Source of the DNA: Hormiphora californensis
Taxonomy: Eukaryota; Animalia; Ctenophora
Length of the DNA stretch: 64,000 nucleotides
Reading direction: 5' to 3'
Assembly (NCBI GenBank): GCA_020137815.1
Contig: CM035358.1
Span: 992,001 to 1,056,000 of the forward strand
Position 1 is the stretch's first letter, and each line of letters starts with the position of its first letter. The notes below the pieces were generated by a model. That model was not told where the DNA came from. It saw only the letters and a list, made by a program, of their open reading frames with translations, and searched no databases. A program made the position numbers and the translations under genes. Below are positions 1-30,068 of this stretch, piece after piece.

Positions 1-2
1 AC

Positions 3-4079
<4,077 letters not shown>

Positions 4080-4490
4080 TTTTCTACAAATATGACGGGT
4101 TCTAATTACAACATTATATATAGTCTTGGTTAGCGGGTATGGTTACCATGGTAACAACTGGCGTGGGTAGCGTGGTGAGAACTATAGCTCTCTTCTCATG
4201 TAATCCATGGATACTCACGAGGACCGAGTTTGGGTCTTTCTGGGAGCTACGTGTTTGTGATAGGTGATCCTTTAGTGATTTGTGCGGGACCACTGACTTG
4301 TATAACAATGTTACTAACATGTGACGAGTGGGGTAATTATTATACAGCTGGTGTGTGCGTGTGTCAGTGTTTGACCTTGATATTTTTTCCAAATTTTCAT
4401 CCCCAGGATTTCTATCCGACACATTTTATTCCCTTCTGTTCTTGTGTCACACTATGTCACGAGAGAGAGATATACTTGTATCAGCTGTCC

Positions 4491-4663
4491 GTAGAGGGGA
4501 CTAAGTCGGTACCACGTGCAAAATAACTGGAGAGATTGTTACTATTACTAAGCGAGAGAGCTTGGTAAGATTGTTACTTTAACTAAGCGAGAGAGTTCGG
4601 TAAGATTGTTACTTTAACTAAGAGAGAGAACTCTTGCTCCTGCTCCGACTTAGTCTCCCCTAC
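4491..4663. mobile_element. Small degenerate MITE with about 19-bp imperfect TIRs and three internal ~36-bp repeats
   Basis: Left gtagaggggactaagtcgg and right ccgacttagtctcccctac are imperfect inverted repeats. The interior has three copies of agattgttact..actaag. Confidence 0.5.
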
Positions 4664-4850
4664 TATGTAGTAAAACTGTCTAGTTGTGTTTGTCATGTGA
4701 ATGTGTGCTGTTATTGCGGGTTACTCAACAACCCACCTCTGAACTGGATGTAAACAAGTAAAAATATCTTTGAATATAATAGGTTTTATTAATTTCCTTT
4801 ACTAATCAAAAGATGGGAATAGAGAGACGCGGATATCGATTGGTTTTAAT

Positions 4851-6232
4851 CAGGAAACGACCGAACCGGGTTTTTTTTCTACCGAACCGAACCGAACCGA
4901 ATTTGAAAAACTTTTTTACCGAACCGAACCGAACCGAACCGAACCGAATTTCGGTAACCGAACCGAACCGAACCATACAAAACTTTTTCTGTATAAATGT
5001 TTCTCTAAAAAGTCATGGAGAGCACCGATCAAGGTATTGAGAATCATTCTCTGAAATTTTGTTAAAAAATGTTCGAAAAAATTTCAAAGTCAATTTTGTG
5101 AAAAAATTTTCAAAGTCAATTTTATCGTAAATTTTCTATGTCAATTTTTGCGTACGAATCGTGTTTCGAATCGGCAATGCTAAGCGGGAGTGATGTTGAT
5201 AATTAGCGGGTTCGAGATGGATTGTGCTGATACATGATCCCCAATCAAGGGTAATTAGGAAATTTAGGGGGACATGATTCATTGTCTAATTAGCGGCATC
5301 ACGTATCAGCAAAATCCATCTCTAGCCCGCAAATTAGAAACAAAACTCCCACTTAGGAATGCCAATTCGAAACACGATTCGTATACCATAATTTTGACTT
5401 GAAAAATTTTTCAAAACTTTTTTCACAAAATTTCTTGGAATGATTCTCAATACCTTGATCGATGCTCTCCATGAATTTTTAGAAAAACATTTAATTTTGT
5501 GAAAAAAACTTTGTAAAATATTTCAAAGTCAATTTCGGAAAAAAATTATGTCAATTTTGCCGTACGAATCGTGTTGCGAATCGGTGATGCTATGCGGCAG
5601 TGCTCTCGCTAATTAGCAGGATTTATTGAAACATGAATCGTTTCCCCTAAACTTCCTAATTAGATTTGATGGGGGATCACGTATCAGCATAATCCATCTC
5701 GGACTCACTAATTAGCAACATCACTCCCGCTTAGCAATACCGATTCGAAACACGATTCGTACGCAAAAATTGACATAGAAAGTTTTCCATAAAATTGACT
5801 TTGAAATATTTTCCAAACTTTTTTACAAAATTTCAGAGAATGATTCTTAACACCTTGATCGGTGCTCTCCATGAATTTTTTGAAAAAAAAAAGTTTCTGA
5901 ATTTGTTGACCCTCTCATGAGGACACGATTCGACGGGAAGTCAGGTATCAAATCAATCCCTATCGAACCCGCTAACTAGCGAAATCATTTCCACATAGCA
6001 CCACCGATTCGAAATAGGGTTAATACGGCGAAATTGACATTGAAATCCATACAATTATCGTGAAATAATTGAAAAATTTTGCATGAAAAAGCCCGATTTC
6101 TGGGCATTTTTTGACCAAAAAATTCGGTGGTTCGGCCAAAATTTTCTACCGAACCGAACCGAACCGAACCGCCCAAAAAACACCGAATTTCCGAACCGAA
6201 CCGAACCGAACCGAATATTCGGTCGCTTCCTG
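4851..6232. mobile_element. Non-autonomous hAT-type DNA transposon (1382 bp) with (GAACC)n subterminal arrays and nested internal palindromes
   Basis: TIRs caggaaacgaccgaa / ttcggtcgcttcctg. 8-bp TSD gttttaat at 4843-4850 and 6233-6240. An internal ~200-bp unit occurs in alternating orientations. No transposase ORF. Confidence 0.9.
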
Positions 6233-6642
6233 GTTTTAATATATAATTATATAATGAGCAATTAAAACGTACGCGAAACATTATTTTGTTACTGAGAGAG
6301 AGTAGAGAGAACTTGGACTTTCTGTACATATATTTTACCTTTTAATGAATTTAAATCTGCTCTCTCGGTTTCTGATTTAACCTTGATTCCCCAATCACAT
6401 ACCGCGAGCTACCCAAACCCGCTAACTGAAAATCTAGTATATAACCCACTCCTACCCCCCAATCCCATCTGTCTCTACCTTAACGGGCAGGGCTAACTAT
6501 CCCCGCCATTACGTCATATCCCAGACCAAACCAACTAACTACACCCTACAACTATGTCCCAGGGACATTGTCCCTTACCCATTACCCGACTATCACCTCC
6601 CAGACCTAACTCACTAACTATCTATCTATCCTTCCTAGAAAC

Positions 6643-8184
6643 ATGGCGTTAGAGATAGAATCAGCTGATGTGATCCGACTTGTCCTCCAATACTTCAAGG
6701 AGAACAACCTGCCCCGGGCATTCTCAACACTCCAGGAGGAGACTGGAATCACCCTGAACACTGTGGATTCCATCGAGAGTTTCACATCGGACATTAACAA
6801 TGGACATTGGGATACCGTGTTGATCGCCATTCAGTCCCTTAAACTCCCGGACAAGAAGTTGATGGATCTGTATGAGCATATCGTGTTGGAGCTGATAGAA
6901 CTGAGAGAGTTGAGTGCTGCGAGATCCCTCCTCCGTCAAACTGATCCCATGATAATGCTGAAACAACTCCACCCTGATCGGTATATTCACCTGGAGAGTC
7001 TCCTAGCAAGGAGTTATTTCGATCCCCGGGAGGCATACCCAGAGGGCAGCAGCAAGGAGAGAAGGCGGGCTGCCATTGCCCAGGCTCTTGCTGGTGAGGT
7101 CAGTGTGGTACCTCCATCTCGTCTCCTGGCCCTGCTAGGACAGGCCCTAAAGTGGCAGCAACATCAGGGGCAACTCCCACCCGGTACTAGCATTGATGTG
7201 TTCAGAGGGAAGGCTGCTGTGAAGGATGAAGAGGAAGAGAGGTGCCCTGCTCAGCTGTCCCGGACCATCAAATTCGGCGGGAAGTCCCATCCAGAGTGCT
7301 CCAAATTCTCCCCAGACGGCCAATACCTCGTCACAGGCACCCTGGACGGATTTATCGAGGTTTGGAACTTCACAACCGGTAAGATCAGGAAGGATCTCAG
7401 GTACCAGGCCCAGGACCAGTTCATGCTAATGGAGGATGCAGTGAGTTGCATGAACTTCAGTCGTGATAGTGAGATGTTAGCAACTGGTTCCCAGGACGGC
7501 AAGATCAAGGTTTGGAAGATTCAGACGGGCCAGTGTTTGAGGAGGTTTGAGAAGGCTCATAGTGCAGGGGTGACTTGTATCACCTTCAGTAGGGATGGTA
7601 GTCAGCTGTTGAGCGCGAGTTTTGATTTGACAATCAGGATCCACGGCCTGAAGAGCGGGAAGACTTTGAAGGAGTTCCGAGGTCACTCATCCTTTGTGAA
7701 TGAAGCCCAATTTACGGCTGATGGTCACACTATTATCAGTGCCAGTAGTGACGGAACGGTCAAGATTTGGTCGCTGAAAAGTACAGAGTGTCTGAACACC
7801 TTCAAGCCCGCTCTGGGTAGCTCTGCCTCTGAGATCACAGTCAACTCCATCCACCTGCTACCCCGGAACAGCGAGCAGTTCGTGGTGTGTAACCGTACCA
7901 ACACGGTCTCCATCATGAACATGAGTGGCCAGATTGTGAAATCTTTCAGCTCTGGCAAGCGTCAAGGTGGTGATTTTGTGTGCAGTGTCCTCTCGCCCCG
8001 GGGCGAATGGATTTATTGTGTGGGGGAGGACCAGACCATGTACTGTTTCTCTGTATCCACGGGAAAGTTGGAGAGGACCCTGACGATTCATGAGAAGGAG
8101 GTGATTGGGGTGTCACATCACCCCCATCAGAATCTACTGGCCAGCTTCTCCGAGGATGGTACGCTGAAACTTTGGAGACCGTGA
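6643..8184 (+). CDS. SMU1: WD40 repeat-containing spliceosomal protein SMU1 (LisH/CTLH + WD40), intronless
   Basis: 513-aa ORF with hallmark SMU1 sequence [64 protein letters not shown]. Confidence 0.97.
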   Translation: MALEIESADVIRLVLQYFKENNLPRAFSTLQEETGITLNTVDSIESFTSDINNGHWDTVLIAIQSLKLPDKKLMDLYEHIVLELIELRELSAARSLLRQTDPMIMLKQLHPDRYIHLESLLARSYFDPREAYPEGSSKERRRAAIAQALAGEVSVVPPSRLLALLGQALKWQQHQGQLPPGTSIDVFRGKAAVKDEEEERCPAQLSRTIKFGGKSHPECSKFSPDGQYLVTGTLDGFIEVWNFTTGKIRKDLRYQAQDQFMLMEDAVSCMNFSRDSEMLATGSQDGKIKVWKIQTGQCLRRFEKAHSAGVTCITFSRDGSQLLSASFDLTIRIHGLKSGKTLKEFRGHSSFVNEAQFTADGHTIISASSDGTVKIWSLKSTECLNTFKPALGSSASEITVNSIHLLPRNSEQFVVCNRTNTVSIMNMSGQIVKSFSSGKRQGGDFVCSVLSPRGEWIYCVGEDQTMYCFSVSTGKLERTLTIHEKEVIGVSHHPHQNLLASFSEDGTLKLWRP

Positions 8185-8618
8185 GGAGGTGGGATTCTGT
8201 TGTTATGGAGACACAGGGCCAGGGGAGGATGGAGTGGGATTCTGTTGTTTTGGAGACACAGGGCCAGGGGAGGAGTTATTTCGTTGCTATGGAGAGGGGG
8301 AAACAGTGGAATGTCTGGTATGGGGTTTGGTTGCTATGGAAGGATTGTCATGGTGATATTACACAGCTGGTATGTGACTTTTAATATTTTACGTCATCAA
8401 GCTATGACAGATGGTTAATATATATTGAATAATTGAAGGATAGAAAGCTAGCTGGGAGAAGAAGGGAAGAGCCGATATTTTATTATAGATTTGTCAGATC
8501 GACTACATTTTATTACCCACATTTGAACAATTTGTCCTCCCTGTCACTCTATCATCTCTATTCTATTATCCCTAATATCTGTCTCCCTCTCTTCACATTT
8601 AATATTACATCCTATAGC

Positions 8619-21677
<13,059 letters not shown>

Positions 21678-22470
21678 GCTACTACAAAAACACAAGGATA
21701 GTTTCTATAATTCCATTTTTTTGGAGCGATAATGTATGGTCTACAGAACAGATCGGGGATCTCAAGAACAGATGTGCTGTTTGATTTAAGTGTTTAGAAT
21801 CACTCGAAGAAAGCTACACAATTACAGAAACAGGGCATTCGTCTAATAATAAGAGGTTGTTAGGCTATTTTGGAGACCGTTGGACCTATTTAATCGATAA
21901 ACACTACTCAGACGATAAAGAGAAAATGTATTATTCTGTCTCGCGTCGCCAAACCCTGCTATGATTCTCCAAACAGTGCGCTCAGGTCGGCGCCGCCAGA
22001 CAGGTATTATTTAAGTTCTCCACAGTTTGGTTAGTTTTTCAACAACAAAAAAGAAGCAAAATGTGAGCAAGGTGCAGTGGGAGATGTTGTATGTGTAAAG
22101 GTCGCGTATTGTACATTCCGCGTCTAATCAAGATATTAAACACCCGCCATGAGAGAGGAGAGAGAGGGAGGGAGAGAGAGATGGGAGAAGGAACAAGCAA
22201 GCAAGAAAACATCATGTACGCCAGGGTTCGAGATAAAGTTCGTCACCAGATATGATTTGTAACCTGCAGTCTGCACTGAATTGTGGTTTCACATTATGAA
22301 TGCATGATGATTTGTGTCTTTTTTACCATTTTCTGGGAAGTAGTATACAGTGGTATAAGATTGAGCTGGTTATGTTGTGGAGTGATTGTAGTGCAGCACT
22401 AGGAGTGGTATGAAACAGCTGGTCAAGTCTGCAAGGTGTCTCAAGCTGTCTCTCCCTTTCATCTATTATT

Positions 22471-22502
<32 letters not shown>

Positions 22503-23376
22503 TCTCTCTCTCTCTCTGTGCAACCGTTTTCAAAGACTATCATTCCACTTAACCGCTGGCGAAGATTTCTCTTTTGTAGAAAGAATTTGAATTGACGAAA
22601 TCAAAGAAATTTGTTAAATCTCTATCGAAAAAGAAGCATCAAAAGTCAAAACTAACTAAAAAGTTCAAGCATTTCATAAAGAGATGAAGGTGATAAATTC
22701 TTAGCTTATAACTGCTACAACGCATGATCCCGCGTGATAGTGTTCAGAGCTGCAGATCGCTAATGATCGATGACGTGCTCACTAAAAAAAGAAGATAACT
22801 CTATCGAGAAATTGGCAGGGAGTTTGTATCAAGCAGGGATCAGCAATTGGTGGCCTGTATTGTGCACCCCCTACAGCTGTATCATGTGTACACTGTATAT
22901 AGCGACTTCCACATCCAATCCCGTGCATGCCAAGCTTCTACCACAAATAAAGCTACAGGGGGGCAGAAATCATTATACAGCAAGCAGTGTACCGTGCACA
23001 ACATAACATGATGTATTATTTAGTTGTGGCACTGTTGTTCTGTGTATATAGGTGGGGGCCGGAGACTGAAACAGTGTGGATTGCTAGTGAGTGTGTTTCA
23101 GATGTAAATATGATATAATTGTGTGTAATAATTTATAACAAATTTTAATCAGCTATATATTCACGTTATTAATTCATTTCGTTTTGCACATTTTACCCCC
23201 CCCCCCCCCATTTGAAACTTACAAATGAGACAGAGCAACGAGATATATTAGAGGTGATAATGGATGAAAAAAGATAGCTAAATGAAAGATAGCTATCGCT
23301 ATTGAGAGATAGACTTGATAACCACGTTACTTTGTTACCAAAAGACATGACAGGAGACAGATAAAGTGAAATGGAC

Positions 23377-23425
<49 letters not shown>

Positions 23426-23437
23426 TAGAGATAGAGA

Positions 23438-23531
<94 letters not shown>

Positions 23532-23800
23532 GATAGAGATAGAGATAGAGATAGAGATAGAGATAGAGATAGAGATAGAGATAGAGATAGAGATAGAGAT
23601 AGAGATAGAGATAGAGATAGAGATAGAGATAGAGATAGAGATAGAGATAGAGATAGAGATAGAGATAGAGATAGAGATAGAGATAGAGATAGAGATAGAG
23701 ATAGAGATAGAGATAGAGATAGAGATAGAGATAGAGATAGAGATAGAGATAGAGATAGAGATAGAGATAGAGATAGAGATAGAGATAGAGAGAGGGAGAG
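23377..23800. repeat. (AG)n followed by (AGAGAT)n microsatellite
   Basis: Directly visible. Many other (CT)n/(AG)n tracts occur across the window. Confidence 0.95.
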
Positions 23801-24033
23801 GGAAATATTTGACATGTTGAATTTGACATGACCTACTCAATACAACAAGACATGACGTCTTCCCCTATTATAACCTGTCGATTTTATAATTTTTATTTTA
23901 CCGGAGTCGCCTTCATCTCCCTGAAATCCAAATGATTTCATCTCTCTCCCTTTCTCTCCCTCAAAATATATTCGGACAATATTAATTATAAAATGAACTA
24001 TGGATTTAACCCTTTCTCTTAGTTATCTAGAAC

Positions 24034-24964
24034 ATGATAGAGATCACGTGCAATGACAGGCTGGGGAAGAAGGTCCGTGTGAAGTGTAATAATGATGATA
24101 CAGTGGGAGATTTGAAGAAGCTAATTGCGGCTCAGACCGGTACTAACTGGGAGAGGATTGTCCTGAAGAAGTGGTACACCATCTTTAAGGTAACTATTTG
24201 TTGTAACCAGGAACCGACCGAACCAAATAAACAACCAATCAGAGCTCGCTATTTAGGTCACGTGACTGGTTATCAGCCAATCAGGGACCAGTATTTCCTG
24301 ATTCGGTCGGTTCCTGGTTGTAACCCTCCTTTGTTTCGCCGTGTGGGGCGCGGTGAAACAGGGTCGACCAAGGCTGTAACTATGATCTCGACTTGCCTTG
24401 TTCGACCCTCTCTCTAACAAAATCTCGACTAGCTTTCCCTAAATTTGGTATCAGGATCTTTCATAGTTATCAATATCCAATATCCAATATTCAGGCTCTT
24501 ATCTTTCTTGCCTAGAATCCCTGGTATCCATATCTGTCCCAATCTGAACTTGACAAGTGACAACTTCCCAGAGCTCCCTCTCCTCCTAATCCTACTTCTC
24601 TCACCACTTTATCGGAGCTAGTTCTCATTCCAATATCTCCAACCTGCCAAGTGCCACCGTCCCCCGTTTTGACAGTTCGCCCCCAGACGCCCCATAACCT
24701 CAACTCGGTTATACGCTACAAGACAACCCACAACCTTCCCCATTATGCCCCAAACCTCCCCCAATATCCTCTCCTAACCCCCTCCTAACCTCCCCCATTA
24801 TCTCCCTCCTAACCCCCTCCTAACCTCCCCCATTATCTCCCTCCTAACCCCCTCCTAACCTCCCCCATTATAATCTCCCTCCAATTATTCCCCTCCAGGA
24901 CCACATTGCCCTGAGTGACTACGAGATCCACGATGGATGCAACTTGGAGCTGTACTATCAATAA
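24034..24964 (+). CDS. UBL5: Ubiquitin-like protein 5 (Hub1), 73 aa, 2 exons
   Basis: Exons 24034-24189 and 24899-24964 give [73 protein letters not shown], with the diagnostic C-terminal YY. Confidence 0.97.
24208..24316 (+). mobile_element. 109-bp hAT-type MITE, copy 3
   Basis: TSD gttgtaac. Located 18 nt into the UBL5 intron. Confidence 0.92.
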
Positions 24965-25851
24965 ACAAAGAGACACGTACAAAACTATATCTAAATGTCA
25001 GATGCAGGGCGGGCCTAGTGAGAGTCTTCGTGGGGGTGTGGCCAGGGTGGGCAAGATGAGAGTCTGGAGTGGTGGTGCTCATGAGAGTGGTTAGAGAGTT
25101 TGTTGAGACTCTCCCAGCACAGAACGAGTTATTGAGAGAGTGAAAGGTGCGGGGGATGCTTATTGCATAAAACTAACGAAGCTCTGTATGATTGGTACAT
25201 GTGCGTCAGAGAGGGGGACAGGGGTGGGGGATATTATTAGAAGGGGTGTGCAGATATTGCGAGACTATTTATCAAATATGACAAGCGTTTTCAAGCTGTC
25301 AAATCTTGTTTTAAAGTATTTAAAGTTTTAGATTCCATAGTTTAAAAGGCCAAAGCATAATAGGCATCCCATAATTTAACTCCATTTCCCTCTGCTTAGC
25401 AAATGTCACGCTAAAGGATGCTTGGGGGATGCTCGTTCGATAGAAAAGGTTGAGTTGTGTGTCAAGCGATTCAAGGGAATATGATTGCTCAAAGATAATT
25501 TGAGTGAAATGTTCTGGGGATGTTTGCTTGAGGTCAGAGAGGGTGACGATAATCTTTGAGGTAGCCAAACTTAACCATCTAGCACCAGACAGGGCAAAGA
25601 AGGCGTAATTTATACAGTGGTTTTTAGATCTTACTTCGATATTCTTTTATTTAATTGTGGTTATATTTTTCAATTTCACATCAATGGTGTCTTGATCCCC
25701 TTCCTCTAGACCATAATTCCCTTACCTCCCCATGAAAATTATGAACTCTTTTTCCTCCAATTTATGATAACCCCTTTCACTTTATGATCTCAATGTCACT
25801 AAACCTAGTTCACTGTGTCTAACATTTCTCACACTTTTATAGCCTGAAGTG

Positions 25852-26614
25852 ATGGCTCGAGGTAAACCGGAGCACGGGCACTTTAGGTGGAGCTGGTTCA
25901 ACAAACATAGGGCTAACATTCATTTTGCAATGGTAAGTAATTAACACATGGCTAACATTCATTTTTAAATGGTAAGTCACATCCCAAAACACATCAAAAC
26001 TTCTCCTCGATATCTAGGTATCACATTCGGAACATGGAAGATGTTTGTCTTCCCTTCTATCAAACTGACCTGCAGATTCCATTGAAAACTAACCCCTGGC
26101 ACATTTCAGTTCTTCCTGGCTGCCGGTCCCATTCCCATAACCTACATGTACATGATCAGGAACTGGGAGAAGAAGGAATACAACAAAATATTGGTTAGTT
26201 AATGGCCAAATAATTGTTAGGCCATCATAATCTGTTCTTGTTGAGTCAGTGTTATTCTTCCTCTTCGCGTGAGACTGAGAGATATTATGCACACCTTCGA
26301 TTGACTGTATAATTGTAAGCCGGTCGACACTGTCTTCTCCCCATGATTGTCTTTGGAGCTCCTCCACCCCACTGCTCTAACTCGAGTTAACTCCTCAAGT
26401 CCAACCCTAACCCCCTCCCTCCCCTCAGTGGCACTCGACCATAACAGACTCAGCAGACCCGGGTTACCTGGCTCGACTAAACCAGGGTCTCACCGACCCA
26501 GACAGCATCAGGGAGAAACTGACCAAACTGGACCACTCCAAGTTCATGCCTCACCTCCCTGCTGATGATTACGTGGCGCCAAACCATGGGTTGAGAGGCC
26601 GTGTTGGGTGCTAG
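25852..26614 (+). CDS. Unrecognised 116-aa protein with one hydrophobic segment, 3 exons
   Basis: Exons 25852-25932, 26110-26193 and 26429-26614 have canonical phase-0 splice sites and join without stops: MARGKPEHGHFRWSWFNKHRANIHFAMFFLAAGPIPITYMYMIRNWEKKEYNKILWHSTITD...GRVGC. Confidence 0.75.
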
Positions 26615-27038
26615 AGTAACATTCAACCAAACCATGGGTTGAGAGGTCGTGTGGGGTGCTAGAGTAACATTCATCTTGTGAGAAGAGAAGGGAATTGTGT
26701 TTAGGTATCAAGGACAATAGTTGTGAGTTTGGACAGTATTTTGTAGCCATATTGTTGAGGAGCTGCGCCATTTTGTAACTTATTATGATCACATTACATT
26801 GAACGATTAGTGAAATCAGATCCGTTTTAGTTTGTTATAGATCCGTATACAGTCACGTGCAACACAATCACTCGCCAATCCCTCCGTTTCTCTCCTCATG
26901 TTCCCATCCCGTTAACTACAGTTCCTTGTCGATTATATTATCTTAACACCAGATGATGAACGAACTCTGCAAGAAGAAGATAAGACGAAGAGAAGCAAGT
27001 CTTGTCAAGTCACATTATATCAAGTCTTGTCAAGTCAG

Positions 27039-28187
27039 GGGCTCTTCGACGAAACTTTAAGCACACTTAATAAATAAGCTCTCTTTAGAGTTACACAAGG
27101 AAAATTTTTCAGACTTGTCTCGAGAGGGGTGTCGTCGAACGCTTTCCAAAACCTCACTTTAGGTCCTTGGTGTGAACCACGTGTATACCACGTGAAGCCC
27201 CGGATCACCCCTCGTGTATCGGTGTAGAAAACCAATCAGGGGATCGAAACTGGACACGTGATAGGATTTCCATTACATGGGTTTACAAAGGCGTCAATTT
27301 GGTCACGTGTAGGGTTCACCAGCCAATAGTGTTAGCGAGATATCACACCAGATTGGGGGTGAAGAAGAAGTTTGACTTCCATTTCTCAAGATTCAAGAAA
27401 TTTCAAATCTTCAAAACTCTTACTGTTACAGTAGCTGGCAATGAATGTTATAGCGGACAAATAGAGATCTAACATTGATTGTTCATTATGAAAAATCAAT
27501 AAACCTATACACTCCTTTTTGTAAGTTGCAATATTATTTAGGACGGGTGAGATGAATACTGAATAGATAGTCTGCTAGATGAAGAGATAAACAGTGAAAG
27601 TATAGTAGTAGTTCACTGTTCATCTTGTCCTGCGGGCCAAAAGGAAAAAAACTGAATTCATCCACATCTTATCTGTGAGAGTCTAATACAGATGGTGTAT
27701 GCTGTATGGGCTTGGCTGAAACCCCAAACTAGTGCCTCAATATTGTGGTTGAGTAGAGATAGCTAACTGGGGGACAAGGATCAGTGCCATTTTATCTTTC
27801 TTCTACATGCGAGAAGCAAAATATACACTGTTTTGTAGCATCTTTTACTTGCCAGCGCTGTCTTGTCTACCATTAAGTCTCCTCTGGAGGAGACTTAACA
27901 AACCTCACTTTTCTCGATATTTTAGTGAGATATTGCGTGAACTATGACGTCATTGTCGCTTCAATTTGGCCCAAATCACGTGATTTTACCACGTGATTAG
28001 GGGTTACGCAAGGTTTGGAGAGCTTGTGTAAAACTTCGCTTACTACCCCTCAATTTTCACTAAGCAAGATTTCTAAAAAGTTTCGTCGACACAAACCATG
28101 CTTAAGGGGTGTGAAAATCAATTAGAAGGTGTGAAAGGAGAGTTACGCAACGTTTTTTAGTGTGCTTAAAGTTTCGTCGAAGAGCCC
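27039..28187. mobile_element. Non-autonomous PIF/Harbinger-type element (1149 bp)
   Basis: Perfect 29-bp TIR gggctcttcgacgaaactttaagcacact. 3-bp TSD cag at 27036-27038 and 28188-28190. Confidence 0.88.
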
Positions 28188-28693
28188 CAGATATTCTGGA
28201 GAAGCAAGTCTGCTGTCGTCAAATCACAAGAGCTCTCTTCCCCTTGTTGAGCAACTCAACTCTTCCCCAGCTGGGTGATAATATAAACCACCCAAATTAA
28301 GAGTTGTAGAGAGGAGGTAGTTGTGTACCCCGTGTTCAATCACCGTCGAGGAAGCACTTCCTCATGCCACTAATCCTGTCTCACTCAACTAGGTAGGTTA
28401 AACTCTACTAGGATGAGAGAGTGTGGACGGTTGTCAAATATTTAATGAATATTTAATCCGTTTTTTTATTTCTCCCTCTCCTAGCTAAATATTTTATCTT
28501 GATCCATGACAACCATTAAATCCAACAGATTGAACTAGAAGGAATAAAGAGTTGAAATACCAGAAATGGAGGAGGAGCGAGTGGCTTTTATTTGTGGAAC
28601 AATCATGAATGGATGTCATGTGGAGCCACTATCGACAATGTGGAGCCACTATCGACAATGCCTGTTATAGGGGAACCAGGTAAATTGAATTTA

Positions 28694-28849
28694 CAGTCGG
28701 ACCCCGAATTAGGGACACCCTCGGGGGAAAGGCTCTTGTCCACTAAATCGGGGTGTCCACTAAATCGGGGTCAAATAAGGTTAATTTCCTATATCGGGGG
28801 AAAAAAATCCTGTCCCTAAATCGGGGGCCCCTAAATCGGGGTCCGACTG
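28694..28849. mobile_element. Tc1/mariner-type MITE (156 bp)
   Basis: ta|cagtcggaccccga ... tcggggtccgactg|ta, with internal taaatcgggg repeats. Confidence 0.88.
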
Positions 28850-29098
28850 TAATTAATTTGTTGTTTCTGTTTTCAAATTACACTGTTTTTTCAGTTGTGA
28901 TCATATCCCCGATTTACCGGGAGGATTTTCAAATAAGTATCCCGGTAAATCGGGGTTCTACTAGCTACAGCTGTAGCAATATAAATTGTTCAATACCTTC
29001 CATTGGCGCGTGTATTATATCAGTCAATTAATTATAAACGGTGCTTCTAATTTTACTTGATCCTCGTCCCTTCTATCATTAGGATTCTCTCTCTCTCA

Positions 29099-29155
<57 letters not shown>

Positions 29156-29261
29156 TATATCTCTCTCTCTCTCTCTAACTTTCTATCTCTGTCTCTCAAG
29201 TGTATGACGTTGATTGCCAAACTGTCCTTGATGGATTACATTTGTAGATCAACGGAGAGAG

Positions 29262-29313
<52 letters not shown>

Positions 29314-29756
29314 TAGAGAGAAGGGAGTGATGGTACAAACTTGACCCTATAATACCATGTATCATGATCAGTTGATTATCGAGTTTGTTGTAGTTTGTCG
29401 ACAGTTTGGTTGGAATTCGCATCTTATTTTTCCAGATAATGCAGGTTGGTCCTTAATTTCTGAACCCAGTTAGGCTGAAACATTGATACTTGAATTCGAA
29501 GATAAAATTAGAAAAAAAGTGACAGTTGAATTTTACAAAATCATTCTTCCAATACAAAAATATCTGCTGATACCAATTCGCCTAAATCCTATCAGAGCTT
29601 TGGCCTGACCCTATTAAGGAGTGCACGAGAACTGTCGCCAGAGCAATTGGCCCTGTCAGGCCAATGCTCTGACCACAGTTTTCGCGCGCTCTGCTTATTT
29701 GAGAGAAATGAGAATAGGGTCAGGCCAATGCTCTGACAGAATTGGCCTGACAACCT

Positions 29757-30068
29757 CTATCCCAATCCACTATGAAACGGGCTCTGTTGGTCAATGAATG
29801 AGATCCTCTTCTTCTTTTGAGATTCAATACTGTCCTTCCTTCCTAAACTACCCCTCCTCAGCACAATTATACTGGTGTCCTGATCAGGTGTTGTGAGATC
29901 CTCTATGGGTGGTGGTGTGTCATGGAGGCTCTCTAGCGGTGTTGGGTCCGGGTAGTGTTTGGGTTGTTTGATGTTTCGTTCTCCCCACTTGACCCGATTG
30001 TAGTAGACGCCCTGCAATGGAAATATATATCTAGGGATCCGTATCGGTTTATAAAATCTAGGACGCAA
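29757..30068 (-). CDS. Possible terminal exon of an unidentified gene (further candidate exons up to ~32800)
   Basis: 103-codon non-repetitive ORF ending RRGSLGRKDSIESQKKKRISF. Coding-like stretches at 31530-31784 and 32531-32770 could not be joined convincingly. Confidence 0.35.
   Translation of the reverse strand: MRPRFYKPIRIPRYIFPLQGVYYNRVKWGERNIKQPKHYPDPTPLESLHDTPPPIEDLTTPDQDTSIIVLRRGSLGRKDSIESQKKKRISFIDQQSPFHSGLG

Noticed and set aside
24190-24417. C-terminal extension of UBL5 in the 127-aa ORF
   Set aside because: Read-through into the intron and MITE. The canonical second exon is at 24899-24964.
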